The notes beneath the pieces were generated by a model. That model was not told the origin of the DNA. It saw nothing but the letters and a program-made list of their open reading frames with translations, and did no database searches. Positions 15,178 to 24,965 of a stretch of 64,000 nucleotides of DNA are shown piece by piece. The stretch is from the NCBI GenBank assembly GCA_045863295.1, contig BTWA01000018.1, positions 32,001 through 96,000 on the forward strand, written 5' to 3'. Source of the stretch: Candidatus Hydrogenedentota bacterium. GTDB lineage: Bacteria; Hydrogenedentota; Hydrogenedentia; Hydrogenedentales; SLHB01. Numbering within the stretch: position 1 is the stretch's first letter; every line of letters begins with the position of its first letter. The translations under genes and the position numbers were made by a program.

Positions 15178-17109
15178 ATGATTGCAAAGATGAACAAAGT
15201 GGAAATTGTATGTCTGCGTGAAATCATGCAGGACGTCACTTTGCTCTTGCAGGACAAGGGTCTGATTCACGTTGAGGAGGTACCGCTCGCCTGTGCCGAA
15301 GTGCCCGATTTTTTGAATCGGGCCTGCCTCGCCCCAGAGCAAACGGCGGAATCCGAAGCGCTGGAATCCATGTATCGCAATATCTCCGAGGTAACCCAAC
15401 TACTTTCCGTAAAGCCCAACCCTCACGATATCATTTCGGCGTCCACGACACTGCGTGCACTGAAAAATGAAGATCGCTGGGCGAGTGCGAAGCAATGGAT
15501 TCGGGAATTGCGGTCGTACTCACGTAGGAAGATCAACGCCAAAGACAACCTGGAAGTGTTATCCCAGTTCTTGAAGGTGTTGACTCAGCTTGAACCAATT
15601 GTTGGCGACAAGCGTGACATTGTACTCGGCAAGAATGCCCGAGCGTTCGTGTTGAAGGGCGACATAGCGGGTATCTCCGAAACGATCGACAACCGCCTGA
15701 AGGAACTGATCGGCCTGAAGGCCATTTTTGTGCACAAACAGCTGGCGCGCGATACGATGGCCGCCATTGTCATGTACCCTGAAGAGTTGGATTCAGTCGT
15801 CAGTAAGATTTTCCGCGAAGAAGGCATCACCCCATTTGATGCCCCGGACAAAAACCTACGTGGACTTTCATTTGAACAGGTCGTTCGCCGGCTTCATGAA
15901 TCAATTGACAAGCAGAAGCATTCACTGCAACAGATACAATCGGAGTTGGATACGTTTTCGAAAGACATCGGCGCGAAAGTGGCTGCGCTTGAGTTGATGA
16001 TTCGCGACGAATGTGCGCGCTTCAATGTGGTGAACCAGTTTGCCCAAAGTCAGATGGTGGGCGTCATTCATGGATGGGTGCCGGCCGACGATCAATCCGC
16101 GCTCGAAAAGGCGTTGGATGACAAGTATCCGGGGCAAGTTCTTGTGAGTATCCAGTCCGTCACTGAAGTGCCGGCACATACCATTCCGACCTTGCTGAAG
16201 AACCACCCCATTTTGAAGCCCTTTGAAGTATTGCTGTCAATTCTGCGTCCTCCGACGTACGGCACGTACGACCCCACGGGTCTGGTCGCGGTTTCTTTCA
16301 TTCTGTTTTACGGGTTCATATTGGGAGATGTCGTATATGGGCTGGCCGTGCTTGCATTTGCCTTTTGGTTGAATAGCAAGTGGGGCTACAACCCAATTGT
16401 CCGGTCCGCCAGTGTAGTCGGCAAGTATATGGCCGCTTCGTCTGTGTTGTTCGGCGTCTTGTTCGGCGAGTATTGCGGCGACCTGGGCATGCGGTTGTTC
16501 GGTGTCGAAAATGTGCCGCATATTCTGCACCGCAGTCACGATCACATACCTTTGTTGATGCTTGCCATTGCAATAGGGGCCATTCACATACCACTTGCAT
16601 TGATCATCGGCATCCGCGAGAGCCTTCATCACGGTCACAAAGAACATGCCATGGAAAAGCTCGGCATGTTAATGGGCCTTACGGGCATTGCCGTGGGTGC
16701 AGCGCACCTTGCCGGCGTCAGCGTCTTCGCAGCTTCGGCCGTCGGTATCCTCGCCTTGATGCTCTACGGTATTGGCGCTGTGCTGATCCTGCGGGCCATG
16801 GGTGCGATGGGCATTGTCAACATCCTTGAAATCTTTTCACTGGTCGGCAACGTATTATCCTATGCACGTTTGATGGCCCTGGGCATCGCGTCCGTCATCA
16901 TTGCCGACTTGGCGAACCAATTGCCGGAGGCCATTGGTTACATCATTGGCGTTCCGCTAGCTGCCGCAATCCATGTGTTCAACATCGGCATCGGAATGTT
17001 CAGTCCGACGCTGCACTCGTTGCGTTTGAATTACGTTGAATTTCTTCCGAAGTTCTATTCGCCGGAAGGGAAAAGTTACAAACCGTTCAAGAAGGAGGCG
17101 TTATGGTGA
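15178..17109 (+). CDS. atpI: V/A-type ATP synthase subunit I (a)
   Basis: IPTLLKN, YDPT, FYGFILGDVVYG, NVLSYARLMALG, HSLRLNYVEFLPKFY. Confidence 0.95.
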   Translation: MIAKMNKVEIVCLREIMQDVTLLLQDKGLIHVEEVPLACAEVPDFLNRACLAPEQTAESEALESMYRNISEVTQLLSVKPNPHDIISASTTLRALKNEDRWASAKQWIRELRSYSRRKINAKDNLEVLSQFLKVLTQLEPIVGDKRDIVLGKNARAFVLKGDIAGISETIDNRLKELIGLKAIFVHKQLARDTMAAIVMYPEELDSVVSKIFREEGITPFDAPDKNLRGLSFEQVVRRLHESIDKQKHSLQQIQSELDTFSKDIGAKVAALELMIRDECARFNVVNQFAQSQMVGVIHGWVPADDQSALEKALDDKYPGQVLVSIQSVTEVPAHTIPTLLKNHPILKPFEVLLSILRPPTYGTYDPTGLVAVSFILFYGFILGDVVYGLAVLAFAFWLNSKWGYNPIVRSASVVGKYMAASSVLFGVLFGEYCGDLGMRLFGVENVPHILHRSHDHIPLLMLAIAIGAIHIPLALIIGIRESLHHGHKEHAMEKLGMLMGLTGIAVGAAHLAGVSVFAASAVGILALMLYGIGAVLILRAMGAMGIVNILEIFSLVGNVLSYARLMALGIASVIIADLANQLPEAIGYIIGVPLAAAIHVFNIGIGMFSPTLHSLRLNYVEFLPKFYSPEGKSYKPFKKEALW

Positions 17110-17462
17110 GTGTGTTCAATTCCAAAACGGCGGCTATTTTGGCGCTGGCCCTGATTGCGGCCTCGATGCTGGGCATGCCGGCGTTTGCCGCGGCGGGCGC
17201 GGAAGCGGAAGCAGCCCCTGCAGGCGAGGCCGGTCTGGGCGGCGGCCTGAAGGCTCTGGGATTAGCCGTAGGCGCCGGCTTGGCCATTGCGGGCGGCGCC
17301 ATTGCGACGGCGCGCGCACAGGCGGCTGTCGGCGCGGGCGGAACGGGCGCTTTGGCCGAAAAGCCGGAGTTGTTCGGTAATATCCTGATCCTGTTCGCGA
17401 TTCCCGAAACACTGGTTATCTTTGGTTTCGTGATCGCGATCATGCTCTGGGTCAAGATCTGA
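17103..17462 (+). CDS. atpK: V/A-type ATP synthase subunit K/L (c, proteolipid), single hairpin with signal peptide
   Basis: GLAIAGGAIATARAQAAVGAGGTGALAEKPELFGNILILFAIPETLVIFG with the essential Glu; N-terminal signal ending PAFAA. Confidence 0.92.
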   Translation: MVSVFNSKTAAILALALIAASMLGMPAFAAAGAEAEAAPAGEAGLGGGLKALGLAVGAGLAIAGGAIATARAQAAVGAGGTGALAEKPELFGNILILFAIPETLVIFGFVIAIMLWVKI

Positions 17463-17476
17463 GAAACACCGAATCG

Positions 17477-18070
17477 ATGCAAGCAGCATTGTTCGAAACG
17501 ATGGCGCGGCAGATTGCCGCGCAGTGCGAAGCGGAACTCGCAACCGCGCGCGCCGAGGCCTCTTCCATTCTCTCGGAGGCGGACAAGCGCATCGCCGGTG
17601 TCCGCGAGAAGGCGCTGGCGCGCGCACGCGCATCTGCCGAGGCGTACGCCAAGGGCGCACACCAGATGGCCGTGGCTGAAGCCGAGAAGGAAGCCTTGTC
17701 GCTATATCAGGCCTTGGCTGACGAGGCACTGCATGCGGCTGAAGCGAAACTTGCGCACCTCGCGGAATCGCAGGATTTCGTGCCGGTGCTTACACGGCTT
17801 CTGGCGGAACTTATGCCGGCTTCGCCCGCAGGATCCACAATCCTGGTGCCTCCTGCGCATGTGGACCAATGCAGCGCTTGGCTTAGAACCAATGGATTTC
17901 CTGATGTGCGAGTCGAGCCTTCTGCGGAATTGCCGGATGGGGTGGCCGCACAGGACCGAGATCGAACCTATCGCATCACGAATGCGTTGTCGACCCGCTT
18001 CGGCATGTTGCGAAGCGATGCACGAAAACGTTGCCTCAAAACGCTCTTCGCGGGGAAGGCTGGAACATGA
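17477..18070 (+). CDS. atpE: V/A-type ATP synthase subunit E
   Basis: N-terminal coiled coil; C-terminal DGVAAQ...ITNAL..R; operon position. Confidence 0.85.
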   Translation: MQAALFETMARQIAAQCEAELATARAEASSILSEADKRIAGVREKALARARASAEAYAKGAHQMAVAEAEKEALSLYQALADEALHAAEAKLAHLAESQDFVPVLTRLLAELMPASPAGSTILVPPAHVDQCSAWLRTNGFPDVRVEPSAELPDGVAAQDRDRTYRITNALSTRFGMLRSDARKRCLKTLFAGKAGT

Positions 18071-19128
18071 GTGAAGACAGCGTTCTCGGCGCCTATGTGA
18101 ATGCGCGTGTGCGAGGCATGAAGAGTGAATTGCTGCCGCGCCGCCGGATGGAAGAGTTCCTCGATTTTGACGACGTCAGCCGTCTGATCGACGGACTCGT
18201 GAATTCGCCATATGGCGAAGACATGTCGGAAGCGCTCGGGCGTTTCAAAGGTGCAGATGCCGTGGAAGAGGCCGTGTCTCGAAACCTGGTTAAGACGTTG
18301 CAGAAGTTGAACCGGTTGCTGCGAGATGAATGGGGCGAACTGATCTCCACGTTCCTGCATCGATGGGATCTATTGGCCGTCAAGTCGCTCTTGCGCCTGC
18401 GCCACACGGGAATTGATGAACGCGAGGGCGAACTGGCCTTGTGTCCTGGGCCCACTTTGACGCTCGCGCTGATGCATTCCTTTGCACAGCGAGGATCTAT
18501 GGAGGAACTCGTTGGCGCACTGGTCGCATGGAATCCGGATATCTGCGGCGGTCTCAATACCGGACTTGCGGAGTACCAAAGCACGGGCCACATTCGAGTG
18601 CTTGAAGATGCCCTCGACCGGGCTTACTACTCGGGCAAGTACAAGACCTTGTCTTCTAGCGAAGATGAAAACACCCAAATGGTCCGTAAAATGCTCGGCA
18701 TGGAAATCGATCGCATAAATATTCGCATGATGCTGCATTTAAACGGATCTGGCGGGTCTCCGGAGGATCGTCTGGCGCGATTGCTTCCTGGCGGCACATT
18801 GCGCCAACAGGTTCTGCGCGACATGGCATTTGCCAAGACAGCCGAAGGAGTCGTTGAGCAATTAGGTTCGACCATTTACGCGGACCTCGTTCAACGGCTA
18901 TTCGTGTTCATACAGACCGGGCGTTTCTCGCCGATGGAACGTTTTTTCGAAATTCTAATGATCAACGAACTGAAGCGCGACACCCGCATACATGTCTTTA
19001 GCCTCGCGGTCCTGATGCAGTTCGTCTGGCTCAAAAACAACGAAGTAGTCAATCTTCGGATGATTGCGCGCGGCGAATCCCAGCACTTGCCCAAGGCGCG
19101 CGTGCGCGAGGAGGTGCAATATGCCTAA
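18067..19128 (+). CDS. atpC: V/A-type ATP synthase subunit C (d)
   Basis: AYVNARVRGMKSELL, WDLLAVKSLLR, EIDRINI, KNNEVVNLRMIARG; ATG 18067 overlaps the E stop. Confidence 0.9.
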   Translation: MSEDSVLGAYVNARVRGMKSELLPRRRMEEFLDFDDVSRLIDGLVNSPYGEDMSEALGRFKGADAVEEAVSRNLVKTLQKLNRLLRDEWGELISTFLHRWDLLAVKSLLRLRHTGIDEREGELALCPGPTLTLALMHSFAQRGSMEELVGALVAWNPDICGGLNTGLAEYQSTGHIRVLEDALDRAYYSGKYKTLSSSEDENTQMVRKMLGMEIDRINIRMMLHLNGSGGSPEDRLARLLPGGTLRQQVLRDMAFAKTAEGVVEQLGSTIYADLVQRLFVFIQTGRFSPMERFFEILMINELKRDTRIHVFSLAVLMQFVWLKNNEVVNLRMIARGESQHLPKARVREEVQYA

Positions 19129-19441
19129 TGTCGTGGCAATTGCGAATGGTCACGTAGCATTGAAGCTGGGATTGACAGGCATTTTCGTTGAACACGCTTC
19201 GGATGTGCATCAGGCTCAGGAGTCACTCGTGAAGAACCTGGAAGGTGACGCGGACGTTTTGGTTATCCAGGATGAGTTTCGCGATCAGTTTTCCGAATGG
19301 CACAAGGAGCAACTCAGACGCCACCGCGGTACGCCTCTGGTTGTGTTTTGTCCTTCGTTTTCCGAGGAGAATTCCAATGTGGACGCCTATATTTCGGCGG
19401 TGCTCAAGCCCGCAATCGGATATGAAATTCGACTGGATTAA
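19121..19441 (+). CDS. atpF: V/A-type ATP synthase subunit F
   Basis: About 106 aa, VVAIA...LGLTGI...AIGYEI; lies between C and A. Confidence 0.85.
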   Translation: MPNVVAIANGHVALKLGLTGIFVEHASDVHQAQESLVKNLEGDADVLVIQDEFRDQFSEWHKEQLRRHRGTPLVVFCPSFSEENSNVDAYISAVLKPAIGYEIRLD

Positions 19442-19480
19442 ACCCCTCGGGCATTAGTGCCCGGTATGGAGCGGAGACTT

Positions 19481-21280
19481 ATGGCGACAACGGGAACCAA
19501 TAGCGCTGTCGGGAAACTGACCCGGATTTCCGGCCCGATGATCAGCGCCAACGGAATGCTGGGCGTGTCGATGGGCGAAATCGTGCGCGTCGGCAAAATG
19601 GGACTCATCGGCGAGGTTATACGGATCGACAAGGATACGATCTTTGCCCAGGTGTTCGAAGACACCTCCGGCATGTATCTTGGCGAGGAAGTGATACCCA
19701 CAGGAGAGCCCCTCTCCGTGGAGTTGGGACCCGGCCTGCTGGGATCTACCTACGACGGCATTCAACGCCCCTTGATCACGTTGCAGCAACAATCCGGCGA
19801 CTTCATCGATCGCGGCTTAACGGCCGTTGCATTGGATCGGTCGAAAAAGTGGGTGTTTAAACCTCTCAAGCACGTCGGCGATAAGGTTGTCGGGGGTGAC
19901 GTGATTGGCACCGTGCAAGAAACCGAACACCTCGTGCATAAAATTCTCGTTCCTCCGCGTGTTTCCGGGACAATTCAGAGCATTGTTGGCGAAGGTCAAT
20001 ATACCATCGAACAGCCGGTGGCCAAGCTCGATAACGGTCAGGATCTCAAGCTCTACCACACGTGGCCGGTGAAGCGGCAACGCCCTGTAGCGAAACGGCT
20101 TGGTTCGAACGAGCTTTTTGCAACGGGACAGCGAGTCTTGGATTTTCTGTTCCCAATCTCTCTTGGCGGATCCGCCATTGTTCCCGGCGGTTTTGGCGCG
20201 GGCAAAACGGTCGTGGAGCAGAGTTTATCCAAATTCTGCAATGCCGACATCATCGTCTATGTGGGTTGCGGTGAGCGTGGTAACGAAATGGCCGACGTGT
20301 TGGACGAATTCCCACATCTTGAAGATCCTAAGTTCGGCGGCCCGCTGATGAACCGCACCATTCTGGTGGTCAACACTTCAAACATGCCCGTGGCCGCGCG
20401 CGATGCGTCCGTATACACGGGCATTACTCTGGCCGAATACTACCGCGACCAAGGGTATAATGTCGCGTTGATGGCGGATAGTACCTCGCGTTGGGCCGAG
20501 GCCTTGCGCGAAATTTCCTCGCGGTTGGAAGAAATGCCCGGGGAAGAAGGATATCCCACGTATTTGGCCGCGCGCATTTCCGAATTCTACGAACGTGCCG
20601 GACGCGCCGTAGCCGCTGGATCAGACGCCTCGGGGGACAATGCCCGTGTGGGTTCCGTGACCGTGGTGGGCGCGGTTTCGCCTCCCGGCGGTGACTTCTC
20701 CGAACCCGTCACGCAAACTTCGATGCGCGTGGCAGGCGGCTTGTGGGCGCTCGATTCCGCGCTTGCCTATAGCCGTCACTATCCGTCCGTAAACTGGAAT
20801 CGCAGCTACACGCTTTACAAGAACGAGCTGGACGGCTGGTTTGAAAAGAACGCGCCCAAAGGATGGGCAGGTTTCCGTCAACGGATTGCCACCTTGCTGC
20901 AACGCGACGCCGAGTTGCAGGAGGTCGTTCAGTTGGTCGGACCCGACGCACTCCAGGACCACGAGCGACTCATTCTTGACGTGTCCCGAATGATTCGTGA
21001 ATTCTTCTTGCAGCAGAACGCCTACTCCGCGAACGACGCTTATTGCAGCCTCGAAAAGGCGGCTGGTATCGTCGAAGCCATTCTCACGTACTATGACGAA
21101 AGCCATCGCATACTGGACTCGGGAATCATGCTGGCCCGCGTTCAAGAACTTCCCGCGCGCGAAGAAGTGGGCCGCATGCGTGAAGTCAATAGCAACGACT
21201 ATCCCGCCCACAAAGATAAAGTCATTGCCAACATGAAGTCGATCATGGCGGAACTCGCCGCCGCGACGAGGGGTAACTAA
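19481..21280 (+). CDS. atpA: V/A-type ATP synthase subunit A (catalytic)
   Basis: PGGFGAGKT, VGCGERGNEM, NTSNMPVAARDASVYTG, DSTSRWAEALRE, PGEEGYP, VSPPGGDFSEPVTQ. Confidence 0.97.
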   Translation: MATTGTNSAVGKLTRISGPMISANGMLGVSMGEIVRVGKMGLIGEVIRIDKDTIFAQVFEDTSGMYLGEEVIPTGEPLSVELGPGLLGSTYDGIQRPLITLQQQSGDFIDRGLTAVALDRSKKWVFKPLKHVGDKVVGGDVIGTVQETEHLVHKILVPPRVSGTIQSIVGEGQYTIEQPVAKLDNGQDLKLYHTWPVKRQRPVAKRLGSNELFATGQRVLDFLFPISLGGSAIVPGGFGAGKTVVEQSLSKFCNADIIVYVGCGERGNEMADVLDEFPHLEDPKFGGPLMNRTILVVNTSNMPVAARDASVYTGITLAEYYRDQGYNVALMADSTSRWAEALREISSRLEEMPGEEGYPTYLAARISEFYERAGRAVAAGSDASGDNARVGSVTVVGAVSPPGGDFSEPVTQTSMRVAGGLWALDSALAYSRHYPSVNWNRSYTLYKNELDGWFEKNAPKGWAGFRQRIATLLQRDAELQEVVQLVGPDALQDHERLILDVSRMIREFFLQQNAYSANDAYCSLEKAAGIVEAILTYYDESHRILDSGIMLARVQELPAREEVGRMREVNSNDYPAHKDKVIANMKSIMAELAAATRGN

Positions 21281-21282
21281 CC

Positions 21283-22704
21283 ATGAGCCAAGATCTGCTT
21301 CAGAAGGAATTCTGGGACGTAACGTATATTTCCGGCCCGCTCATCTTCCTTGGAAGTGGCGGACGTTTTCCGACTGGCTCCATTCTGAATCTTCAATTGG
21401 AAAACGGCGAGACTCGGCAAGGTCAGGTCCTGGAAACTAGCAAGACGCACGCAGTCGTACAAGTGCTCCAAGGTACTCAGGGATTGGACGTAAAAGGCGT
21501 GTCGGTCTCTTTGGCCGACGAAAGCGCGCGTATCGCGCTGTCCAAGGATCTCATCGGACGCCGCTTCAACGGCACGGGAACTCCGATTGACGGGTTGCCT
21601 CCGGTAGTGGCGGAAAAGGAATTGCCCATTGTGGGTGCCGCCATCAACCCGGTGTCACGCAACAAGCCCAATGACTTCATCGAGACCGGTGTAAGCGCTA
21701 TCGACGGATTCAACACACTCGTACGCGGCCAAAAGCTGCCGATTTTCTTTGGTTCCGGTCTGCCCGCCAATGAAATTGCGGCGTTCGTGGCGCAAAACGC
21801 GTCCACACGCGGCGAAGGCGAAGAATTCGTGGTGGTGTTCGGCGCCATGGGGCTGACGGATCGTGAAGCATCTTTTTTCATCCGTTCGTTCGAAGAGGGC
21901 GGCCGTGGCTCTCGCGTGGTGGCCTTTATCAACAAGGCAAACGATCCCGCGATCGAGCGTATCTTCACACCGCGATGCGTGCTGACCGTTGCGGAATACC
22001 TGGCGTTTGAACACGGCTACCACGTGTTGGCGATTCTAACTGATATGACGAGTTATTGTGAGGCCTTGCGGGAGATATCAAGTGCGCGCGAGGAAATCCC
22101 CGGCCGACGCGGGTATCCCGGTTATATGTACACGGACTTGTCGACGATATACGAACGCGCAGGCCGTATTCACGGGCGTTCCGGCTCCGTGACGCAGATG
22201 CCCATGTTGACGATGCCGGACGACGACATCACGCATCCGATTCCCGACTTGACGGGGTATATCACCGAAGGTCAGATCGTGCTTGGCCGCTCGCTGCACC
22301 GTCAGGGCGTCTTCCCGCCGGTGGATTTGCTGCCGTGTCTATCGCGCCTTATGAACAATGGTATTGGCGATGGACGTACACGCAAAGAACACCGCGAATG
22401 GGCAAACCAGCTGTACGCGAGTTACGCGCACGGCCGGAATATTCGCAAACTCGTTGCCATCGTGGGCGAGGATGCACTTGGCGAACTGGACATCAAGTAT
22501 CTTCGTTTCGCCGAAGCGTTTGAGCGCGAGATGGTGGGGCAGGGCACGGTACGCCGTACGATCGATGATACCATGGAGTTGGGCTGGAAATTGCTCAGCA
22601 TGTTGCCCCGTTCCGAGCTGACCCGCGTACGAAAAGAATATATCGATCAGTTCTATGCCCCGGCCGGCGATCAGGTCAAGGAAGCCGAGAAGGCAAAGGC
22701 ATAG
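21283..22704 (+). CDS. atpB: V/A-type ATP synthase subunit B
   Basis: RGQKLPIF, TDMTSYCEALREIS, PGRRGYPGYMYTDL, THPIPDLTGYITEGQI. Confidence 0.97.
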   Translation: MSQDLLQKEFWDVTYISGPLIFLGSGGRFPTGSILNLQLENGETRQGQVLETSKTHAVVQVLQGTQGLDVKGVSVSLADESARIALSKDLIGRRFNGTGTPIDGLPPVVAEKELPIVGAAINPVSRNKPNDFIETGVSAIDGFNTLVRGQKLPIFFGSGLPANEIAAFVAQNASTRGEGEEFVVVFGAMGLTDREASFFIRSFEEGGRGSRVVAFINKANDPAIERIFTPRCVLTVAEYLAFEHGYHVLAILTDMTSYCEALREISSAREEIPGRRGYPGYMYTDLSTIYERAGRIHGRSGSVTQMPMLTMPDDDITHPIPDLTGYITEGQIVLGRSLHRQGVFPPVDLLPCLSRLMNNGIGDGRTRKEHREWANQLYASYAHGRNIRKLVAIVGEDALGELDIKYLRFAEAFEREMVGQGTVRRTIDDTMELGWKLLSMLPRSELTRVRKEYIDQFYAPAGDQVKEAEKAKA

Positions 22705-22753
22705 ACGGGCGGATTCGCGGGCACACCCGGCCCGCACGCATCGGGAGCACGAG

Positions 22754-23413
22754 ATGACAGGCGAATCCATCGCACCAACGCGAATGAACATGCTGGCCCG
22801 CAAGGCCCAGATCAAGCTCGCCGCCGACGGCGTTACGCTATTGGAAGGTAAGCGAGAGGCCTTGTTAAAGGAACTGATCAAACGCGCCAAGGAACTGCGG
22901 TCCCTCCGAAACGAGTTGCATTTGCGCGGGCGGATGGCCGTGTCTTCGCTGGCTATCGCGCGGGCTGTGTGCGGTTCCCGTGAAGTGCGTTCCACAGCGG
23001 TCGCAGGGCGTCGTGAACTTCAATTGCGCGTAAAGACTGAAAAGGTGTGGGGACTGCATTTGGGCGATGTGGACCAGGAAAACGTTGTCCGACATGTACT
23101 TGACCGGCCCATCGGTGGATACGACACATCCTCACACGTTGTCGAGGCGGCAGAGTCCTCGGAACGCATGCTGGAACAGCTGCTCGTATGCGCACCCAAG
23201 GAATTGAACCTTCAGATTATCGGCGAGGAAGTGCGAAAAGTCAGCCGTCGAATAAACGCTTTGAATGAGTATTTGCTGCCCAAGCTACGGTTCGAAGTGC
23301 GGACCATTGCGCGTGTATTGGACGAGCGTGAGCGCGAAGACACGTTTCGCCTGAAACGAATCAAAAAGAAAAATGCTGAGAAGAAGGCGGCGGCGGCCGC
23401 AGCCTTGGGCTGA
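22754..23413 (+). CDS. atpD: V/A-type ATP synthase subunit D
   Basis: PTRMN...LLEGKREAL, RRINALNEYLLP, LDEREREDTFRLKRIK. Confidence 0.95.
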   Translation: MTGESIAPTRMNMLARKAQIKLAADGVTLLEGKREALLKELIKRAKELRSLRNELHLRGRMAVSSLAIARAVCGSREVRSTAVAGRRELQLRVKTEKVWGLHLGDVDQENVVRHVLDRPIGGYDTSSHVVEAAESSERMLEQLLVCAPKELNLQIIGEEVRKVSRRINALNEYLLPKLRFEVRTIARVLDEREREDTFRLKRIKKKNAEKKAAAAAALG

Positions 23414-23473
23414 AGCCCACATCCAGATTCAGAACGCGGACGACACACATCGGGCAAGGAGTGGTGCTAAACA

Positions 23474-23956
23474 ATGTTACTTGGCGAGTTGTTACACGAG
23501 GGCGTCATCGTCACGAACCTCAAAGCCAGCAACAAATTCGAAGCCATTGAAGAGCTGCTAGATACCCTCGTTTCGGCACACGAAATCTCCATGACCACAC
23601 GTGACGACGTCTACAACTCCATCTGGAAGCGGGAAGATTCCATGACGACGGGGATGGAGCATGGCGTGGCTGTGCCACACGGAACCACCGACAAGGTGGA
23701 GGATGTAGTCGCCGCTTTGGGCATATCTCCAAACGGCATACCGTACGATACCTTAGATGGTCTTCCGGCACGGCTCATTCTGTTGCTGGTTCTTCCTCGG
23801 CGCAATTTTCATGGGCACGTCCGTACAATGGCCGGTATTGCCCATCTTTTGGCCAATGCAACGCTAAGGGACCAATTAAAGAAGGCTTCCACTGCGGATC
23901 ATGTGATCAAGCTGATCGAGACCGAAGAAGACAAATCGGGCCTTCACGGAAAATAG
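23474..23956 (+). CDS. PTS EIIA component (fructose/mannitol/nitrogen-regulatory PtsN-like)
   Basis: KREDSMTTGMEHGVAVPHG with phospho-His, GIPYDTLDG; SD AAGGAG. Confidence 0.9.
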   Translation: MLLGELLHEGVIVTNLKASNKFEAIEELLDTLVSAHEISMTTRDDVYNSIWKREDSMTTGMEHGVAVPHGTTDKVEDVVAALGISPNGIPYDTLDGLPARLILLLVLPRRNFHGHVRTMAGIAHLLANATLRDQLKKASTADHVIKLIETEEDKSGLHGK

Positions 23957-24169
23957 TTACAGCATGCCCAATCGTCTGCAGGGCGGGCGGACGCGCGGAA
24001 ATTGGACTCTGCATAAGGGTAGGGGGTTCAATGCGGTGCCTGGGAATTATGCGACGATTGCAGCCTGCCGAGATAACCAAACAGTCGCAGGTATCCCAGA
24101 TTGTTTGCGTCGCATCTGGTAGCAGAATTCAACAGCGGATTATGAGTGAATTGAAAGCCGCGGCCCAGT

Positions 24170-24964
24170 TTACCGAAGCCCCAACACATCCTGCATGTCA
24201 TAGAGTCCAGGCTTCGCCGCCAACGCAAATTGCGCCGCGCGCAAAGCCCCTTTCGCAAACGTGTCCCTGTTGTGTGCACGGTGCGTAAGTTCTATGCGTT
24301 CGCCCTGGCCAATGAAATAAACGGTGTGATCGCCGACTACATCCCCGCCGCGTACCGCATGCATGCCGATTTCCACCTGCGGCCGCTCCCCGACAATCCC
24401 TTCCCGGCCGTGCTTCACGTGGTCGTTGTAGTTCATCCCCAACGATTCCGCGACACATTCGGCCAGCCTTTTTGCCGTCCCGCTGGGGCTGTCTTTTTTG
24501 AGCCTGTGATGCGTTTCGACTATTTCAACGTTGTAGTCAAGACCCAGTACCCCCGCAACTTCGCTCGCGAGTTTGAATAGCAGATTCACGCCGACGCTTG
24601 TGTTCGGCGCGAAGACCACCGGCACCATATGGGCGCTTGCCGCAATGTCGCTCGCTTGAGCGTCGCTTAGTCCGGTCGTGCCCACCACGGCTGGTTTTTC
24701 CAATTCAGCTGCTGCATGCACGTTGGCCACAGCGGCTGCCGGAGAGCTGAAGTCAATTAAGACATCGGCTTTCAATAGGGCCTCCAGTGGGTCCGACGAA
24801 AGTACAAGCGATACTGCCCGGCCGCTTTCGGCGCCAATAGTAACAGTCGTGCCCGCGAGTTCGCGGCGTTCAAGCCCCGCCGCGATTTCAAGCCCATCGG
24901 CCATTGCCAATTCCATAATGCGCCGGCCCATGCGTCCGCCCGCGCCTGCCATGCATATTCTCAC
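24170..24964 (-). CDS. dapB: 4-hydroxy-tetrahydrodipicolinate reductase
   Basis: GAGGRMG, VLIDFS, VVGTTG, ETHHRLKKDSPSGTA, RGGDVVGDH. Confidence 0.97.
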   Translation of the reverse strand: MRICMAGAGGRMGRRIMELAMADGLEIAAGLERRELAGTTVTIGAESGRAVSLVLSSDPLEALLKADVLIDFSSPAAAVANVHAAAELEKPAVVGTTGLSDAQASDIAASAHMVPVVFAPNTSVGVNLLFKLASEVAGVLGLDYNVEIVETHHRLKKDSPSGTAKRLAECVAESLGMNYNDHVKHGREGIVGERPQVEIGMHAVRGGDVVGDHTVYFIGQGERIELTHRAHNRDTFAKGALRAAQFALAAKPGLYDMQDVLGLR

Positions 24965-24965
24965 G

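Noticed and set aside
19481..21280. Intein in V-ATPase subunit A
   Set aside because: Normal length (599 aa) with contiguous GKT and GCGERGNE motifs.
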